Assembly: GCA_951406725.2 (NCBI GenBank) | Contig: OX597815.1 | Coordinates: 92,566,001 to 92,630,000 of the forward strand | DNA length: 64,000 nucleotides | Direction of reading: 5' to 3' | DNA from: Octopus vulgaris | Lineage: Eukaryota | In this document: positions 1 to 13,408 of the stretch, one piece after another | Position numbering within the stretch: the first letter of the stretch is position 1 | Layout: the number at the start of each line of letters is the position of its first letter | The notes under the pieces: model-generated | Told to the model about the DNA's origin: nothing | Database searches by the model: none | What the model saw: only the letters and a program-made list of their open reading frames with translations | Position numbers and translations under genes: made by a program

Positions 1-450
1 TGTTTTTAAACACTATAGTGGGGTGACAGGACTGTTTCTGTATATAGGAAACCTTGTTTGGTTTATAGTAGGATTTATAAAAGCAGGGAAACGTTTCAAA
101 AATTGACTTTGCACAGTTTAGTGGTGATAAGCCTAGTTGACTAAAGGTATGAATTAGTTTTTTTCCTAAATTTATTGAGACCATGACCATCAAAGCCATG
201 AGATATTCCCAAAACCCATCATTCTGGTATAAGCCAATATCATTGGATGGGAACTTGGATTTCAGTGTATTTAATATAAAGAGACCTACAAGGTTGCAGA
301 GGACAACACTGTTGTATGATCCCATTGATACATTGAACAATTCACCTATGCTGAGCTCTTACTGAATAAACGAGATTTTATTGTATGCATGATAAAGTCC
401 AGGTGTATGTGGTCAATATGAACATATGTTTAATTATGACTTCTATAGTC
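1..450 (-). mobile_element. Penelope-like element reverse transcriptase remnant (degenerate)
   Basis: Manual minus-strand translation gives LFNVSMGSYNSVVLCNLVGLFILNTL...IGLYQNDG and KVNF*NVS...YKPNKVSYIQKQSCHP. These match PLE RT motifs FDVTMGSYDGAEVCELVG, GLYRDDGL and VNFLDV...KPN...SNHP. Stops and frameshifts present. Confidence 0.7.
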
Positions 451-710
451 AAAGGAGATGTAACCCTAATTTACGTTCTTTTCTTTCCTTTCTTTTTCTA
501 TTTTTACTCACTCTTTGTCTTCTCTTTCCACTTTTTGCATCAACCTTCTTTTTGTTTTGTGGTTTCTCATGTACCAGAATCCTGATTTTCAAATAGAATA
601 AACCATGTACACAGAGCCTGAAGATTGCCTGTTATAAAAGCCTGTTTAACCATGTGTCTTAATGGCAAGTAACTATTAGTAGCTCTTATTTTAATACAGT
701 GTACATCAAA

Positions 711-767
711 TGATATATATATATGTATGTATGTCTATATGTATGTCTATCTATATGTATGTATGTC

Positions 768-799
<32 letters not shown>

Positions 800-817
800 T
801 GTATGTATGTATGTATG

Positions 818-848
<31 letters not shown>

Positions 849-875
849 ATATATATATATATGTATATATATATA
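711..875. repeat. (TATG)n/(TA)n compound microsatellite
   Basis: Directly visible. Confidence 0.95.
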
Positions 876-2884
876 AAGTTAATCCAAACAAGAAAGCACA
901 AAAAAACACAACAACACGGGACGTGGAACAAATATAGTATTATTGGACGCTCAGGAAAGAAGGAAAGAAGATATTGATAGAATAAGCACCAGGCTTAAAA
1001 TACTAGGGTTGATTTGAGTAAACCCTTCAAGGCAGTGCCTCAACATGGCCACTCTCTGTTGTCTGAAACAAGTAAAAAGTGTGTGTGTGTGTATAAAGAT
1101 CCCATTTAATATGGGATTTCATTTATGTGGTTCATACATAGTCACCCTTTTCCAATTATACATGGTACAATTTTGCTCATCATTGATTATTTGAGCAAAA
1201 ATAATACAGTACAATAATAGAGTGATTTCAGACCTTACTTATTGCTCTTCACATGTCAGTAAAGCTAAGCGCCTCTCCAGCATTCTCTTAGCTTCTTTCT
1301 GTTGCTCTCTTCTCTATTGAAGTAAAGGATTCCAAACTTTTGCCTTTTGTTCATGAATTTGTCCTTATGGTTAATTTTTGTGTACATTTTGTCTTATGAC
1401 TATCTGCTTATGATACCATCCTGCCTGCACCTGTTCAATGCATTCTTTTGACTCTTTACCCCTATAGTTAATGTTTCATTTTTTTAGACATTCATCACTC
1501 CCTTCTCTTCTTATCTCTCTTCAGTCATTTTCTTGCTTACATGTTAGATACATACTTCCATAAACTTTAACCCTTACTGCAACTGGCTACTAAGCTAAAC
1601 TTTGTTTTTGGAACATCTTCCTTTGATTATCCCCTTCTTGCTCTCTTTATCCCCCCTTTTTTCCTATATTCCAACACTCTCATGCCAGCCACTTCCCTCT
1701 ACATCTTAAACCACTCTGTAGACCAGCCACTTCCATGACTCTCTTTCACTGTTTTCTCCCTAGCTTATCTTAGCTTCTGTAATTATGCATCTACCTCTAC
1801 TCCCCTTCAAAGAATTCTTTACTCTTCATAGTAAATGGATTTATTGATTAGATTTTATTTTATTTCTTGCTAATGTAGCTTCAGTTTCCTTAGTTTCTAG
1901 AATTTGCCAGAGACATAGGCAGTGCTGATTTGGTCATTACATTAGCAATATTGTTCATACCATATTTGTACTTAGAACAAATTCTTATCTGAACATACTT
2001 CTTGAAACACAAGAGAAGGGTTTTTCTTCAGAACAAAAATAGATATAATTAATAAAATAACTATGTAGCTCCACTGTAGCAACAAACCTGTTCTGATCTC
2101 TCCTTTCATACTTTAACCTCTCATCACCTAGCATAAAACTGCTCCTGTCTACTGTAGCCCCATTCAGTTGAAAGTGATCTAATGCTGGTTCCACAAAAAG
2201 GAAAGCACCCAGTACACTTTGTAAAGTGGTTGGTATTAGGAGTGGCATCCTGTTGTACAAATCATGCCCAAGCAGACATTATGTTATGTCAGCTCTACCC
2301 AAGCAGACTCTATCTCTTTATGAATCTATTTTCAAATTCAAACAATATATATTCCTATGTGTAGCAGGAATTGCTAAAGCTACTTAGGCAATTGTATCAA
2401 AGTATCCAAGTTAGTAAGGGATCCCCAACATTGTTGTTCAACATGTAACAAATAGCTAAATTTTTCTTAGATCTGACTTGCTATCTTAAAAATTGGTTAC
2501 CTCTCTCATGTCACACACTCATCACTTTCTTTTGAAAGCTCAGTTGTTCCCTTTAAACATTGCAAAGTAAAGCTTTCTATTGATGTTTGGTATGAGAACT
2601 TTCTTGTAAAATTGCCTGTCCTTAGTTCCTGCCATCCTTAATATCCTGCTTTTGAAACATTTTGTCAGTTCATTCCATTACAGACTGTGTTGAAGTGTCT
2701 CAGTAAATATATGCTGTTATATATCTACATGTATTCAGTCTCATTTTGAAAATAACCCCAAAGGTTGTGCCCTACTCCCCAGTTTGGGATAGAGACTGTT
2801 TTGCTGTCTTTACAGCTCACCAGAGATTGCTCACCTCTCATTCCCAAGATGCTGAAATAAAATAGTGGGAGGTTACTTAATTAA

Positions 2885-3074
2885 CCCTTTTGTCCATATT
2901 TGTGTTGAAATACACCGTTTTTATTTCAATCAATTTTGAAAATGATGAAGAATTTGTCAAATTTAATCTGGTTTTTGAAAATTTTGTTGGAAGGTTTTAG
3001 TTTAGTTCATTTTAAAATGGCAAGTTTGTGTCTTAGAACCAGGGGCACTGTTAGGAGAGTTGGTATCAAAAGGG
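2885..3074. mobile_element. piggyBac-type MITE
   Basis: TTAA|CCCTTTTGTCCA ... TGGTATCAAAAGGG|TTTA termini; a related copy is at 54430-54658. Confidence 0.65.
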
Positions 3075-3441
3075 TTTAGTTTCTCTCTACTTATTTTAAT
3101 GACTTATATTTATATACTGTTACCTTTAAGACTTAAGCAACATAGTCTATCAGTCAACACCACTAAAACAGACCTCATACATTTCCAGAAAACTTATCCG
3201 TTATACATCACTATTCATGAACTTTAATCAGCTAAATCCATTACATTGAACACAAATGCCAGAATTATCTCTGAAGATTTTGCAGCTAAAAGTGCATCAA
3301 AGTTTAAATTTTTTTTCTTAATACCAGAAAATATTTCAGCCTCTCACATGACTGACTCTAGAAAGGTTCAAAGTTTGGGCCTATATTGGGTTATTTGTTC
3401 ACTTATTTAACACATGATCCTACTATAAATACATTCTAGAC

Positions 3442-3607
3442 CAGTACTGGGCTGTAGATCATTTGGTATCAGGCCAATCTGAAGGGTGTTTTTGCAGTGT
3501 ATATTATGCACTTTATTGTGTTTTGTTATGCAACTGATACTCTGGTCCATAGAAAAATTGTCTTGCATGAAACTAGTCTATGGTGCAAAAAGACATAGGG
3601 ACTGCTG
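3442..3607 (+). mobile_element. hAT-Charlie MITE (MER1-like 3' end)
   Basis: 3' end GGTCCATAGAAAAATTGTCTTGCATGAAACTAGTC...GGGACTGCTG. Flanked by TTCTAGAC/TTCTAGAT, the NTCTAGAN 8-bp target typical of Charlie elements. Confidence 0.6.
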
Positions 3608-3767
3608 TTCTAGATCACCATCTCAGAAATAAAAAATAAATAGACCACCCCCACCAAAAATAAAAGAGAAAAGAAAAATTTCTTTTAGTGAAACTTGCAC
3701 ATGATACAAATCTTAGTAGCATTTATTTACTATGATAGCATTTATCTCTCGTTATATGAAATTCTTT

Positions 3768-4329
3768 ATCTCTCTGTCTGTCTGTTACTTATGCATTCTC
3801 AAATGGCTCGCCTCGCCTGTGTAATGGAACTCACTTAATTGTTATTTCCATGAAGCCCCATGTCCTACAGGCAACAATCATAACAAAGAATAAAATGTCT
3901 TTATTCCAAAATTTCCTCTCATACCTACAGATGTTCCATTTGAATTTAAGAGACTTCAGTTTCCAGTCAAGCTAAGTTTTGGTATTTCAATTAACAAATC
4001 TTAGAGTCAATCCCTCAAGGTAGTTGGACTTCATCTCTCTACTACATGCTTCTCCCAACCCTATGTTGATTGCTCACAAGTTGGAAGCAGTAACAATTTA
4101 TTCATTTTGACACCAACAAAAAATTACACAATGAATATTGTTTACCCTAAGGTAAACAGTTGACAGATTTTCAGTCCTAAATTCTATTATCATTACAATT
4201 AGGATATTTTAAAATAGAATATAGATATTTTGAAATAATTATGAGAAAAAAAATATATCTTCATATTTATTGTTTATTAATCTGAATAAGAACAGCAGTA
4301 AGCTGGGCAATGCTAGGCAATTCAGCTAG
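3768..4329 (+). mobile_element. Helitron remnant carrying PIF1-helicase C-terminal fragment
   Basis: Translates to PRLCNGT and VFIPKFPLIPTDVPFEFKRLQFPVKLSFGISINKS*SQSLKVVGL. Ends with a subterminal GC-richer hairpin relic and CTAG|T at 4326-4330. Confidence 0.8.
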
Positions 4330-7300
4330 TTTATTATAAATTTTTTAATGTCATTTTTGATTTTTTGTTTTGTTACATATTCTATTTTCTAATATCAACT
4401 ATGCAGTGACACAGTTATCTGCATAACCAGACCTGTATTTGTATGGAATATACATATATTGCTGTTAGGCATTGTATATTCAATTCATTTGTCGTTAAGC
4501 ATGATGTCTATGTTTTTATCATTCACCTGTATGAATAATAGTTAACAAGTACTTATCATTCATATATATACATACCGATTAACAAATACTTTTTTGTATT
4601 TTCAGCATTAATAAAATTATTTCTGTATTGATATTTGAAGGCTGCTATTTCAGATGTTTGGTTCACCATATTTTCAAATATTTGTTTTGATATCAGGTCT
4701 TTGTATAACTACTGCCTTTCTTTTTCAGTTCATCAGAAATATGTCTCTTCACTGTTCCTACACTGGTTAATTATATTTTATTGACTTCAACTCATAACAG
4801 ATCCAAATGTTTTACTAATATTCAGGTGACATAAATATAGTTCCAATTGGGATTTATTTCAGAGATAGATGAAAAAAGAAAAATGTTTATGTTTAAGATA
4901 AGAATAGTTTATTTAGTTAGGTAACTCTGGGCTGGTACTGATAAAAATCATTAAAAGCTTTGTTGTTTCACCCCCAGGTCATTCTTCATGGAGCAAACAA
5001 GTATTTTAACTGTGGTTATCTTATTTTCTATTCCGATATAGTGTATCTAGGCTTATTCTACCTAGTATGTCCTACCTTCATAGATTGAACTGTTCTATGT
5101 ATAATAATCTCAATTAATTGAAAAATTGACTTTGTTAATTTCAACTTTATTAAAACCCAATTACAAACACAGTTTATTGACAAACTTGGCTTGGCCCCTG
5201 AGGTAAGCTTTAAGACTCTGCATCACATCCATTTTACTGATATTCTTTAGTTTAGCTTCCTTTAAATCTATAAAAGTGCAACATTTAATCTTGGTATTTG
5301 ATCCCCTGACATATTTATCTGAAGTACAGAATTTGTATGTTTTTTTCTTAAGTTAATTAATTAATGCAAATTAATTAATTCACTTTACTATCTTCCATCC
5401 ATTGGTTTTAGCTGTTGAGTCAATTGTTTTTACAGCTATATGTCATCCCTACTACTAACCACTCAACTGAATTAGCAGATAGAACTTGGTTGTTCAATCA
5501 AGCAAACTGGAGCTGAAGGGGGCAGGCATGTGCCTTGATTGGAGGAAAGGTGGAGAATGGGGGATAGGGTGGACAATACAATTGTTGTGAGAAGTAAGAA
5601 TCAATAACCTATTTTCTAAGGTGAGACACTCCCAAAATAGACATTCTATTTATTTCATCCTGGCCTAATTTATAAGATCCCTTATAAAAAGCACTCACAG
5701 ACACTGCAGCATTATGAAATGTGATTTTGTATTATTACTTTGCATATCACATTGTAAACACATTGTTAATAGATGTGTTATTTTGTTAATACTATGTTTA
5801 ACACATTTTAAAAACTGTTATCTGATGTGTTTTGTGTTTGAACACATTATACAAACATGTTTTTTTTGTTGCCAAGCTTTTCAGCTTACTAATCTTATGC
5901 TTCTCACTTAACAGATTTATTTTTCTCTGAAATTAAGTGCACTGACTTCCCTATGCTATATTTCAGGTTAACAATCTTCTTTTATGGTTTAATTCACTAA
6001 TGATAACAAATAAAAAAGTAGTGGCTAGGTTATGCTTCATTGACCACTGATTTTGTTTAATGCATTAATGGAGATTAACTAAGCTCCTAAATATTTCAAT
6101 TTAACATAATCATACTAAATTATTGATACTAAACAACTAATCAGGATGCTTTAAAAGTCTCATTATATCTTCATGTAGATGAGGGGTATATATTTAGATA
6201 AGTTTTTGCCAGAATTAGTGCAGACCATGTCTAACTTAATAGCACCACCTGGGTACTTATATAGGTGATAAAAAAAAATACTGTTGAAGGAAAAAATGAT
6301 ATCAAAGATACTTGGTTGTCATGACAGTCTAGTGATATATATTAGGTTTTTATAATACCATACTTGGTTTCTTTACCATGATAAAAAAAAAAGGTCATTG
6401 TAAATTTGTCCTCTGTATATTGTAGATATTGTATTGTATATTGTAAAGGTAAGCATAAATCAGTCAGCCATCACTCATATGTGAATATGGTTTAGCATTA
6501 TGTTTTGCTAATTCTTTTAGTTGCCTATGAGTATACATAGACTCTCTTCCTGCTCATCCCCCTCGCCATTCAGCTGCACACGCAGGGTATGACAGCTAGA
6601 AGAAGAGAGGGCTGCACCAGCACTCAGCTGGTACTCATTTACAGTTGAGTGGACTTGAGCAGCATGAATTGAAGTGTTTTCTCAAAGACACAACTTACTG
6701 CTTAGTTTAAGAATTGAACTGACAGTCTTTGATCATGAGCCTAGCCCCCTAACCACCAGGCCATGTGCCTTCACAGATCATAGTAAGATAGAGTATAATA
6801 ACATGTCATCTAGGTTTTAAATTATACCATTGTTGCAATGAGATAAAGTTGATTTATTGAATAGCAACATATTTGAGACTAGTGACCAATTTATAGCATT
6901 AATATTAGTTCTGTTCAATATGTAGAATGGCAGAAATGGTAGAGTGTGGGAGTAAATGACTTAAAGTATTTATATATCTTTGTTTAAATAATTGGTTTTC
7001 ATGCAAGCCCTCACTAACTGTGAGAATGATGTGGTTAATGCTCAATTTTCTAGGTTGATGAATATAAGTGAGTTATAGAGAACTGCAGTTCTAGGTTATA
7101 AGGATTAATGTAAACATTTAGTGCAGGGTTTTGGGAGGTTGACATATAATAGGGATGATAAGGAGGAGCCTGGTGTACCAGCTGAGCTTAGTTGGTAGTT
7201 ATACTAGGTGATGTACAATTTGCTTATTCATATGAGTGGAAGTACTTCTGGTAGTAATAGGAGATAGATAGATATAATAATACATCAATGTGCTAGTAGT

Positions 7301-7940
7301 GAATATTTTCAAATCAGTTGAATAGCCTTCTTTTCAATGTGGTCTATGATGTGTGTACTTGTCTAATAGCAAGTAGCACTGTCCTAGATATGTATGCATT
7401 TGAGAATTTCTAGAGTTGTCACAATCAACTTTGTCTTTTATCATTTAAGGATCAATAAAATAAGTATCCATAACATACTGGGATCTCTCTCATATAAATT
7501 CTAGCTTTGTGCCATTGTAATAAATCAATATAGCTGTTTACTTAATGAATTGTATTTAGTAGCTGTATACAATATATTTGTGTGTGTGTGTGTGTGTGTA
7601 CGTGTGTGTGTGTACGTGTGTGTGTGTGTACGTGTGTGTGTGTGTGTGTGTGTGTGTACGTGTGTTTATGGGGTTTCAAATCAGAGCATGTAAATTAACA
7701 TAATTAAATATTGCAAGACATTTAGTCAAGTGCTCTATTGTTTCTGCCACTCTATTTCTGTAGTAGTAGTAGTAGTAGAAGTAGTAGTAGTCATCATAAT
7801 AGTAATGAAAGTTATATTAATTCTTAAGATATCAATAATAGCAATTAAAATAATAAGGGAATGAGAGCTTACTATTACTCTTTTAGCTTGTTTTGTATTT
7901 CTTCATTAATTTTATCTGTACCCAAACTGTTTGTTTTCAG

Positions 7941-7991
7941 AATCAGAACATATACTAAAACATCCCTGGGAACACAACTGGAACTATATGG
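7941..7991 (+). CDS. Candidate upstream RABGAP1 exon (51 nt, phase 1-1)
   Basis: TGTTTGTTTTCAG acceptor and G|GTGAGA donor. Open frame (E)SEHILKHPWEHNWNYM joins in phase to exon 27533. No homology support seen. Confidence 0.4.
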
Positions 7992-8729
7992 GTGAGACTC
8001 TGCACAGTTTTGTAGTTGCACCTCTGCTGTGATGGCCACTTTCTTTGGCTATGCTTTTCTAAGCTTTGATTCTACTCTGAAACCTCATTCATTTCCTCTG
8101 CCAAGCTGTTCATATACTCCCCTCTCATCTATATCCCTTTAACTGCACTTTTTTTTTTTGTACCAATTTCATAACACATGTCCATTGAGTGTTTCATATT
8201 GGAATTAGGAATAATCCAGATTATGTGTTTCCATTATCGAAAAGCATTGTTCTATAAATTCATAAAGCCTTGGTAGAAGTGAATAAAAAGGTGAGAAACC
8301 AGTGGGAAACAAACTTGTACCTCTTTTGTTTGCAATCTCAGTGTAACTACTACTATAGCATAATCCCGCTTACAATAACCACTTCCATATTTTAGCATAG
8401 CCCAGAAATAGTTATTAAATTCTAACATAAGTTATTTTTTGTTTGTGTCTTTGTTTTGTTTGTGTCTTTGTTTCCATAATGTTTGGTTTGAGATTGAGAT
8501 TTGATAAAGGGAATCTTTCCTTTTTTACTCTGAAGCTGATAGTAGCAACCTTTGATTCAAAAAGTGATCTTTGACATTGAAAAGAACGATCTTTCACTAA
8601 GTTCAATCATTTTTTAAGTAACCCAAATTTATAATTTTTACAAGCTTGTAGTACCTATGGCTGAAATGTTAGATATTATTTTATTATAGTGACAGTTAAA
8701 CTAGGATTGAATTGCTAAGATGTGATTTA

Positions 8730-9030
8730 TTTGGGGATGGTCATCTTTTTCTGATTAAATACACTCACTATTTATTTGCTCTTCAATTTAGCTTTATTAT
8801 TATGATTTTTAGTCCCACATATCTCCTCTTGTCCTGCCTATTCCTTTGGAATAGGCTGGACAAGAGGAGACATGTGGGACAAAAAGTTGCTGGAGGTCAC
8901 AGTATGTTTGATAAGAGAACTTTGACAAATAGACTAAAAAAAAAAAAAAAAAAAAAGTAATAATAATAATAATAAAGTTAAAGTGAAAATCAAATAAATA
9001 GTGTGTTGGTAAAAGATGACCATCTCCAAG
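8730..9030. mobile_element. MITE/foldback-like element with long imperfect inverted repeats
   Basis: About 8730-8814 (GGATGGTCATCTTTT...CACTATTTATTTG...TTTATTATTA...TTTTTAGTC) is inverted at about 8932-9030. ORFs on both strands share GDGHL..THYLF. Confidence 0.6.
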
Positions 9031-9894
9031 TATAACAATATTTGTTTCAACACATGATTTCATTTCAAGAATCTTGCAAAACAAATACATAAACTTAATT
9101 TGTGATTTACATTTTGATGAAACACATTGTATTGTAGAATAGGATGTAATTACGCTGAAGCATCAAAAAGGCAGTTTCACTCCCTACTGGGGTCACACTT
9201 TTGTTCACTTCATATCTACTAGTGATTTAAAACAATCTAACACATATTTAGAATCCAATTTTTATTGAGCCATCACTATAAAGAAATATCCAATGTTTTA
9301 GTGATACTACAAATTGTACTTGAATAAATAAATCAGTGAAAGTGACATTACTTTCACTATGAAAGGTCAGTACTTTGTTTCGAAAGTCAGTACTTACAAT
9401 GGCAAAGGTCACTACTTTCAGTGTCAGAGTAATAAAGAGGTAAAATTTTGTAGTTGATTTCCTGATCTTTTCCAAATAACATCAGGATTCAGAACTGACT
9501 TTTTAAGTGACTGTTTAGGTATAAATGCTGAATCTGGAAGTGGATATTATCAAAGGGATTCTGTTGCAGTTGTAAATATACTAAAGTATCAGTAATAGAA
9601 ATAGAGGTTCAATTCCCACTAAGCTCTCTATTTTTATTCGCTTTTCTATTCATTTAACAAATTTGTTCAGCATTCTGTTTAGAACATGCAAAAACAAATA
9701 TTCATTGTCCAATACTATTTTATGTATTACTTAGAAGAAATAAATTCATTCAGAAAGGCATTACTTTAGCATGGCTTTGGCCATGGGGGCTTAGACTAAC
9801 TGAAGAACATTAAATATTAATTTTCTGCACACCTTCATAATTAGGTCTTTATGATATTGCATGTTTGTATGTGTGTGTATGTGTATATATATAA

Positions 9895-10215
9895 CTGGCC
9901 CTCTATCGGTTACAATGACAAAGGTCCCAGTTGATCTTGTCAACGGAACAGCCTGCTCATCAAATTAACGTGCAAGTGGCTGAGCATTCCACAGACGTAT
10001 ATATCATTAATGAAGTTTCTCAGGGAGATTCAGCCTGACATAGAATGTGACAAGGCTGGCTCTTTGAATTACAGGTACAACTCATTTTTGCCAGGTGAGT
10101 GGACTGGAGCAACATGAAATGAAGTGTCTTGCTCAAGGACACAAATGTGCTGCCAGGAATTGAATTTATGACTGTGAGCTGAATACCCTAATCACTAAGC
10201 CACATGCGTTCACAC
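9895..10215 (-). mobile_element. tRNA-derived SINE (family D)
   Basis: Minus strand has a tRNA-like head followed by GTGTCCTTGAGCAAGACACT; a degenerate related copy is at about 6620-6775. Confidence 0.65.
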
Positions 10216-10216
10216 A

Positions 10217-10269
<53 letters not shown>

Positions 10270-10274
10270 TTTTT

Positions 10275-10686
10275 TTCTTTTATTCTTTTACTTGTTTCAG
10301 TCTTTTGACTGTGGCCATGCTGGAGCACTGTTTTTTATTCAAAGAAATCGAACCCTGGACTTATTCTTTGTAAGCCTGGTGCTTATTCTGTTGGTCTCTT
10401 CTACCGAACCACTAAGTTATGGGAAAATAAGCACACCAAACATTGGTTGTCAAGCAATGTATGTGTGTGTGGGGGGACACACAAACACATACACATAAAT
10501 AGACACACACACACACACACACACACAATGGGCTTTCACTTTCTATCTGCCAAATCCACTCACAAGGATTTGGTTAGCCCAAGGCAATAGTAGAAGATAC
10601 TTGCCCAAGGTGCCACGCAGCAGGACTGAACCTGGAACCATGTAGTTGGGAAGTAAGCATCTTACCACACTGCCACGTCTGCACCT
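10275..10686 (-). mobile_element. tRNA-derived SINE (family B)
   Basis: Colinear with 24655-25076 (-) and 19540-20010 (+); internal (CA)n tract; B-box-like GGTTCAGTCC. Confidence 0.8.
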
Positions 10687-10696
10687 ATATATATAT

Positions 10697-10860
10697 ACAC
10701 TCTTGGAGTGGTTGGTGTTAGGAAGGGCATCCATCTGTAGAAACATTACCAGATCAGAATGGAGCCTGGTGCAGCACCCTGGCTTTCCAGACCCCAGTCA
10801 AACCGTCCAACCCATGCCAGCATGGAAAACGGACGTTAAGCGATGATGATGAAGATGATA
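10697..10860 (+). mobile_element. Retroposon 3' module with (GAT)n tail (family A)
   Basis: GAGTGGTTGGTGTTAGGAAGGGCATCC...CCAACCCATGCCAGCATGGAAAACGGACGTTAA(GAT)n; at least 10 copies in the window. Confidence 0.8.
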
Positions 10861-12409
10861 ATAAGGGTTATCATACTATATTCACTCTGATGAGTGTTTA
10901 CCTAATTGCACATCATTAGCACAAGGCTATATAATTGTGAGCAAGATTTTAAGACACAGTAGTGTTTAAGGACATTCCAAATAAAGTTTGGGTTGTAGCT
11001 AGTAGAATTGAGGGCATAGAATATAGAGTTTAGGTTAGCAGCCAGTATAGTTTAGGACATAAGTAGAGTTCGGGATACAGCTGGTAGTTTAGGACACTTC
11101 AATATAATGTGGAGCATAGCAACTACACTTAAAGATGTAGTGATATACAACTTAAGATTCTCAATCCTTTATGACTTATTTAAGTTAGACATCAAAAGAA
11201 ACAACCTTATTCTTCATTATTAATACTGAAGATATAATTACATTTTTTCTGAGAAATTGTTATTTTAATAATTCTTTGAGGAGATGATACCTATTGTGTG
11301 TATCTGGTGATATCACAAAAAAAACCCCAAAAAAACTTTGACATATGTTAACCCATTAGGAACTATTGTAAGGGAGCGGTAACTGCTTTCATCAGTGTGT
11401 AGTTTAAAAACATTTTTATTATAAAATTGGTTTTAGTTACCACTGTTGTTGTTATTATTATTTTCACTGAAACAGTTTAGTTGCTGCTTTGTGATAGTTT
11501 TCTGTTTCACTGTAGATATATTGACAACCCTCTTGATTTTCATTGACAGACATAATTTTTCTACTTATCAACCATACTAGTAGATTCTGATATTAGTTGC
11601 TTTATGTGACTCTTTTTATTCTTTAACATTGCGAACTTCCAGCAATTTATTTGGTGATGCTTAAATGTTAATTGTCTTTTTCTATGGTTCTTAGGTAGAA
11701 AATATATGTTCACATTTAACTGTCACAACTGTACATCTTTAGTTGTAATTCTTTGTGCATCACATATTTACATATTATCCTTTCATGTTTTACAACTCTC
11801 TTGTTATTTCTCTATATCTTTATGCATCACATCTGTGTAGCTTTATTGATATATCTATATAATTTTTTAAAATTCATACATCTGTACAGTTCTAACTGTC
11901 ACATTTTACATCTTTATTCCTCACATCTGTACACCTTTACTGATCATGTTAAAATATCTTTAATTACCACTTTGACATTTTCCTATGTAATGTCTATACA
12001 TTCATGTCACAGTTGTAAAACTTTGGCTGTCACACCTGTACACCTTTGACTTCATATAGTCTATGAACCTATTGAATATTTCATTTAAATTGAACATTGT
12101 TCAATTAAATATCTTCAATATTTCTATTTAATCATGTCTCAGCTCTTTCATGCATCCCCTTCTGGTCTCGGTCACTAGTTCCATTTGTCTAATTTTCGTA
12201 TATGTTTCACAATAAACTTAAATTGTAGATAAGACAATGGGGAGAATCAATTAACCAATGCAGAAAAGAGAATGGAGAGATTTTAACCAACTATGTTCTA
12301 GAAGTTCAGGACAAAATTAACAAGAAAATTTATTGTTTCAAAATAAACAGGTAATATTAATACAGATGTCTGGTTGTTGAAGATGATGATACTTACACAG
12401 TTATATTAA

Positions 12410-12971
12410 GATGTACATTTCTAGATAACTTCATCATTTAATTTAGTTCCTACAGGTGCTTTTATATACGGTGTTAAGAAGGGCATCTAGCAGTAAAAAC
12501 CAGACTAAAACAGACATTGGAGCTCAACACAGTCCTCTGATTTGTCAGATCCTGTTAAACCATCCAACCCATGCCAGCTTAGAATACAGACAGTGATTAA
12601 TGGTTATATATGTAGATGGGCCTCACTGAGGAAATGACAATAGGCTGGGGGCTCTGGCAGTTTGCTGTACTTGAGAAGACGCATCAAGCCAAGTAAAATC
12701 ACTATCATCCATATTTGTCCTTTACAGGTGCTGGTGCCATGTATAAGGCACTTGTGCCAGTGCTGTGTAGGTGTACCTATGCTGGTGGCACATAAAAAGC
12801 ACCCAACATATTCTGTAAAGTGGCTGGCATTAGGAAGAGCATCCTGCTGTAGAACCCATGCCACAACAGACAATTTGGAGTCTGGACAACTCCCCGGCTA
12901 GCCAGCTCCTGTCAAATTGTCTAACTCATGCCAGCATGGAAAACAGACATTAAACGATGATGATGATGATA
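12410..12971 (+). mobile_element. Two tandem family A retroposon copies
   Basis: Same core and (GAT)n tail as 10697-10860. Confidence 0.7.
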
Positions 12972-13013
12972 TATGATATCCATACACACATGCAATACTA
13001 ATACTAATTCAAA

Positions 13014-13226
13014 GGCAGTGAGCTGGCAGAAACGTTAGCATGCAGGGCGAAATGCTTAGCGGTATTTTGTCTGTCTTTACGTTCTAAGTTCAAATTCCAC
13101 CGAGGTTGACTTTGCCTTTCATCCTTTCGGGGCCAATAAATTAAGTACCAGTTGCATACTGGGGTTGATCTAATTGACTGACCCCCCTCCCTCAAAATTT
13201 CAGGCTTTGTGCCTAGAGTAGAAAAG
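13014..13226 (+). mobile_element. tRNA-derived SINE (family C)
   Basis: GGCAGTGAGCTGGCAGAA head, B-box GTTCAAATTCC, core GACTTTGCCTTTCATCCTTTCGGGG. Copies at about 16100-16320, 20710-20890, 20925-21140 and 27820-27990. Confidence 0.8.
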
Positions 13227-13365
13227 ACAAATGCATATATACAGAATGCATGCTGTACAAACATACCCACATTAACATGTAAATAGCATGGCAATAGTCT
13301 TGTTACTAATAAAATATATATATTTGGTACATACTAACTATCATTCTGTAGGATGTGTTACACAC

Positions 13366-13408
<43 letters not shown>

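Noticed and set aside
710-977. ORFs rich in YVCM/YIYI/HTHT (also at 16533-16885, 19574-19931, 30044-30616 and 55300-55793)
   Set aside because: Translations of (TA)n, (TG)n and (TATG)n microsatellites; not genes.
10885-10930. CTGATGAGTG...CAC hammerhead-like start
   Set aside because: The GAAA half of the core is missing.
13014-13100. tRNA genes at SINE heads
   Set aside because: A/B-box-like heads continue into SINE bodies and do not form full cloverleaves.
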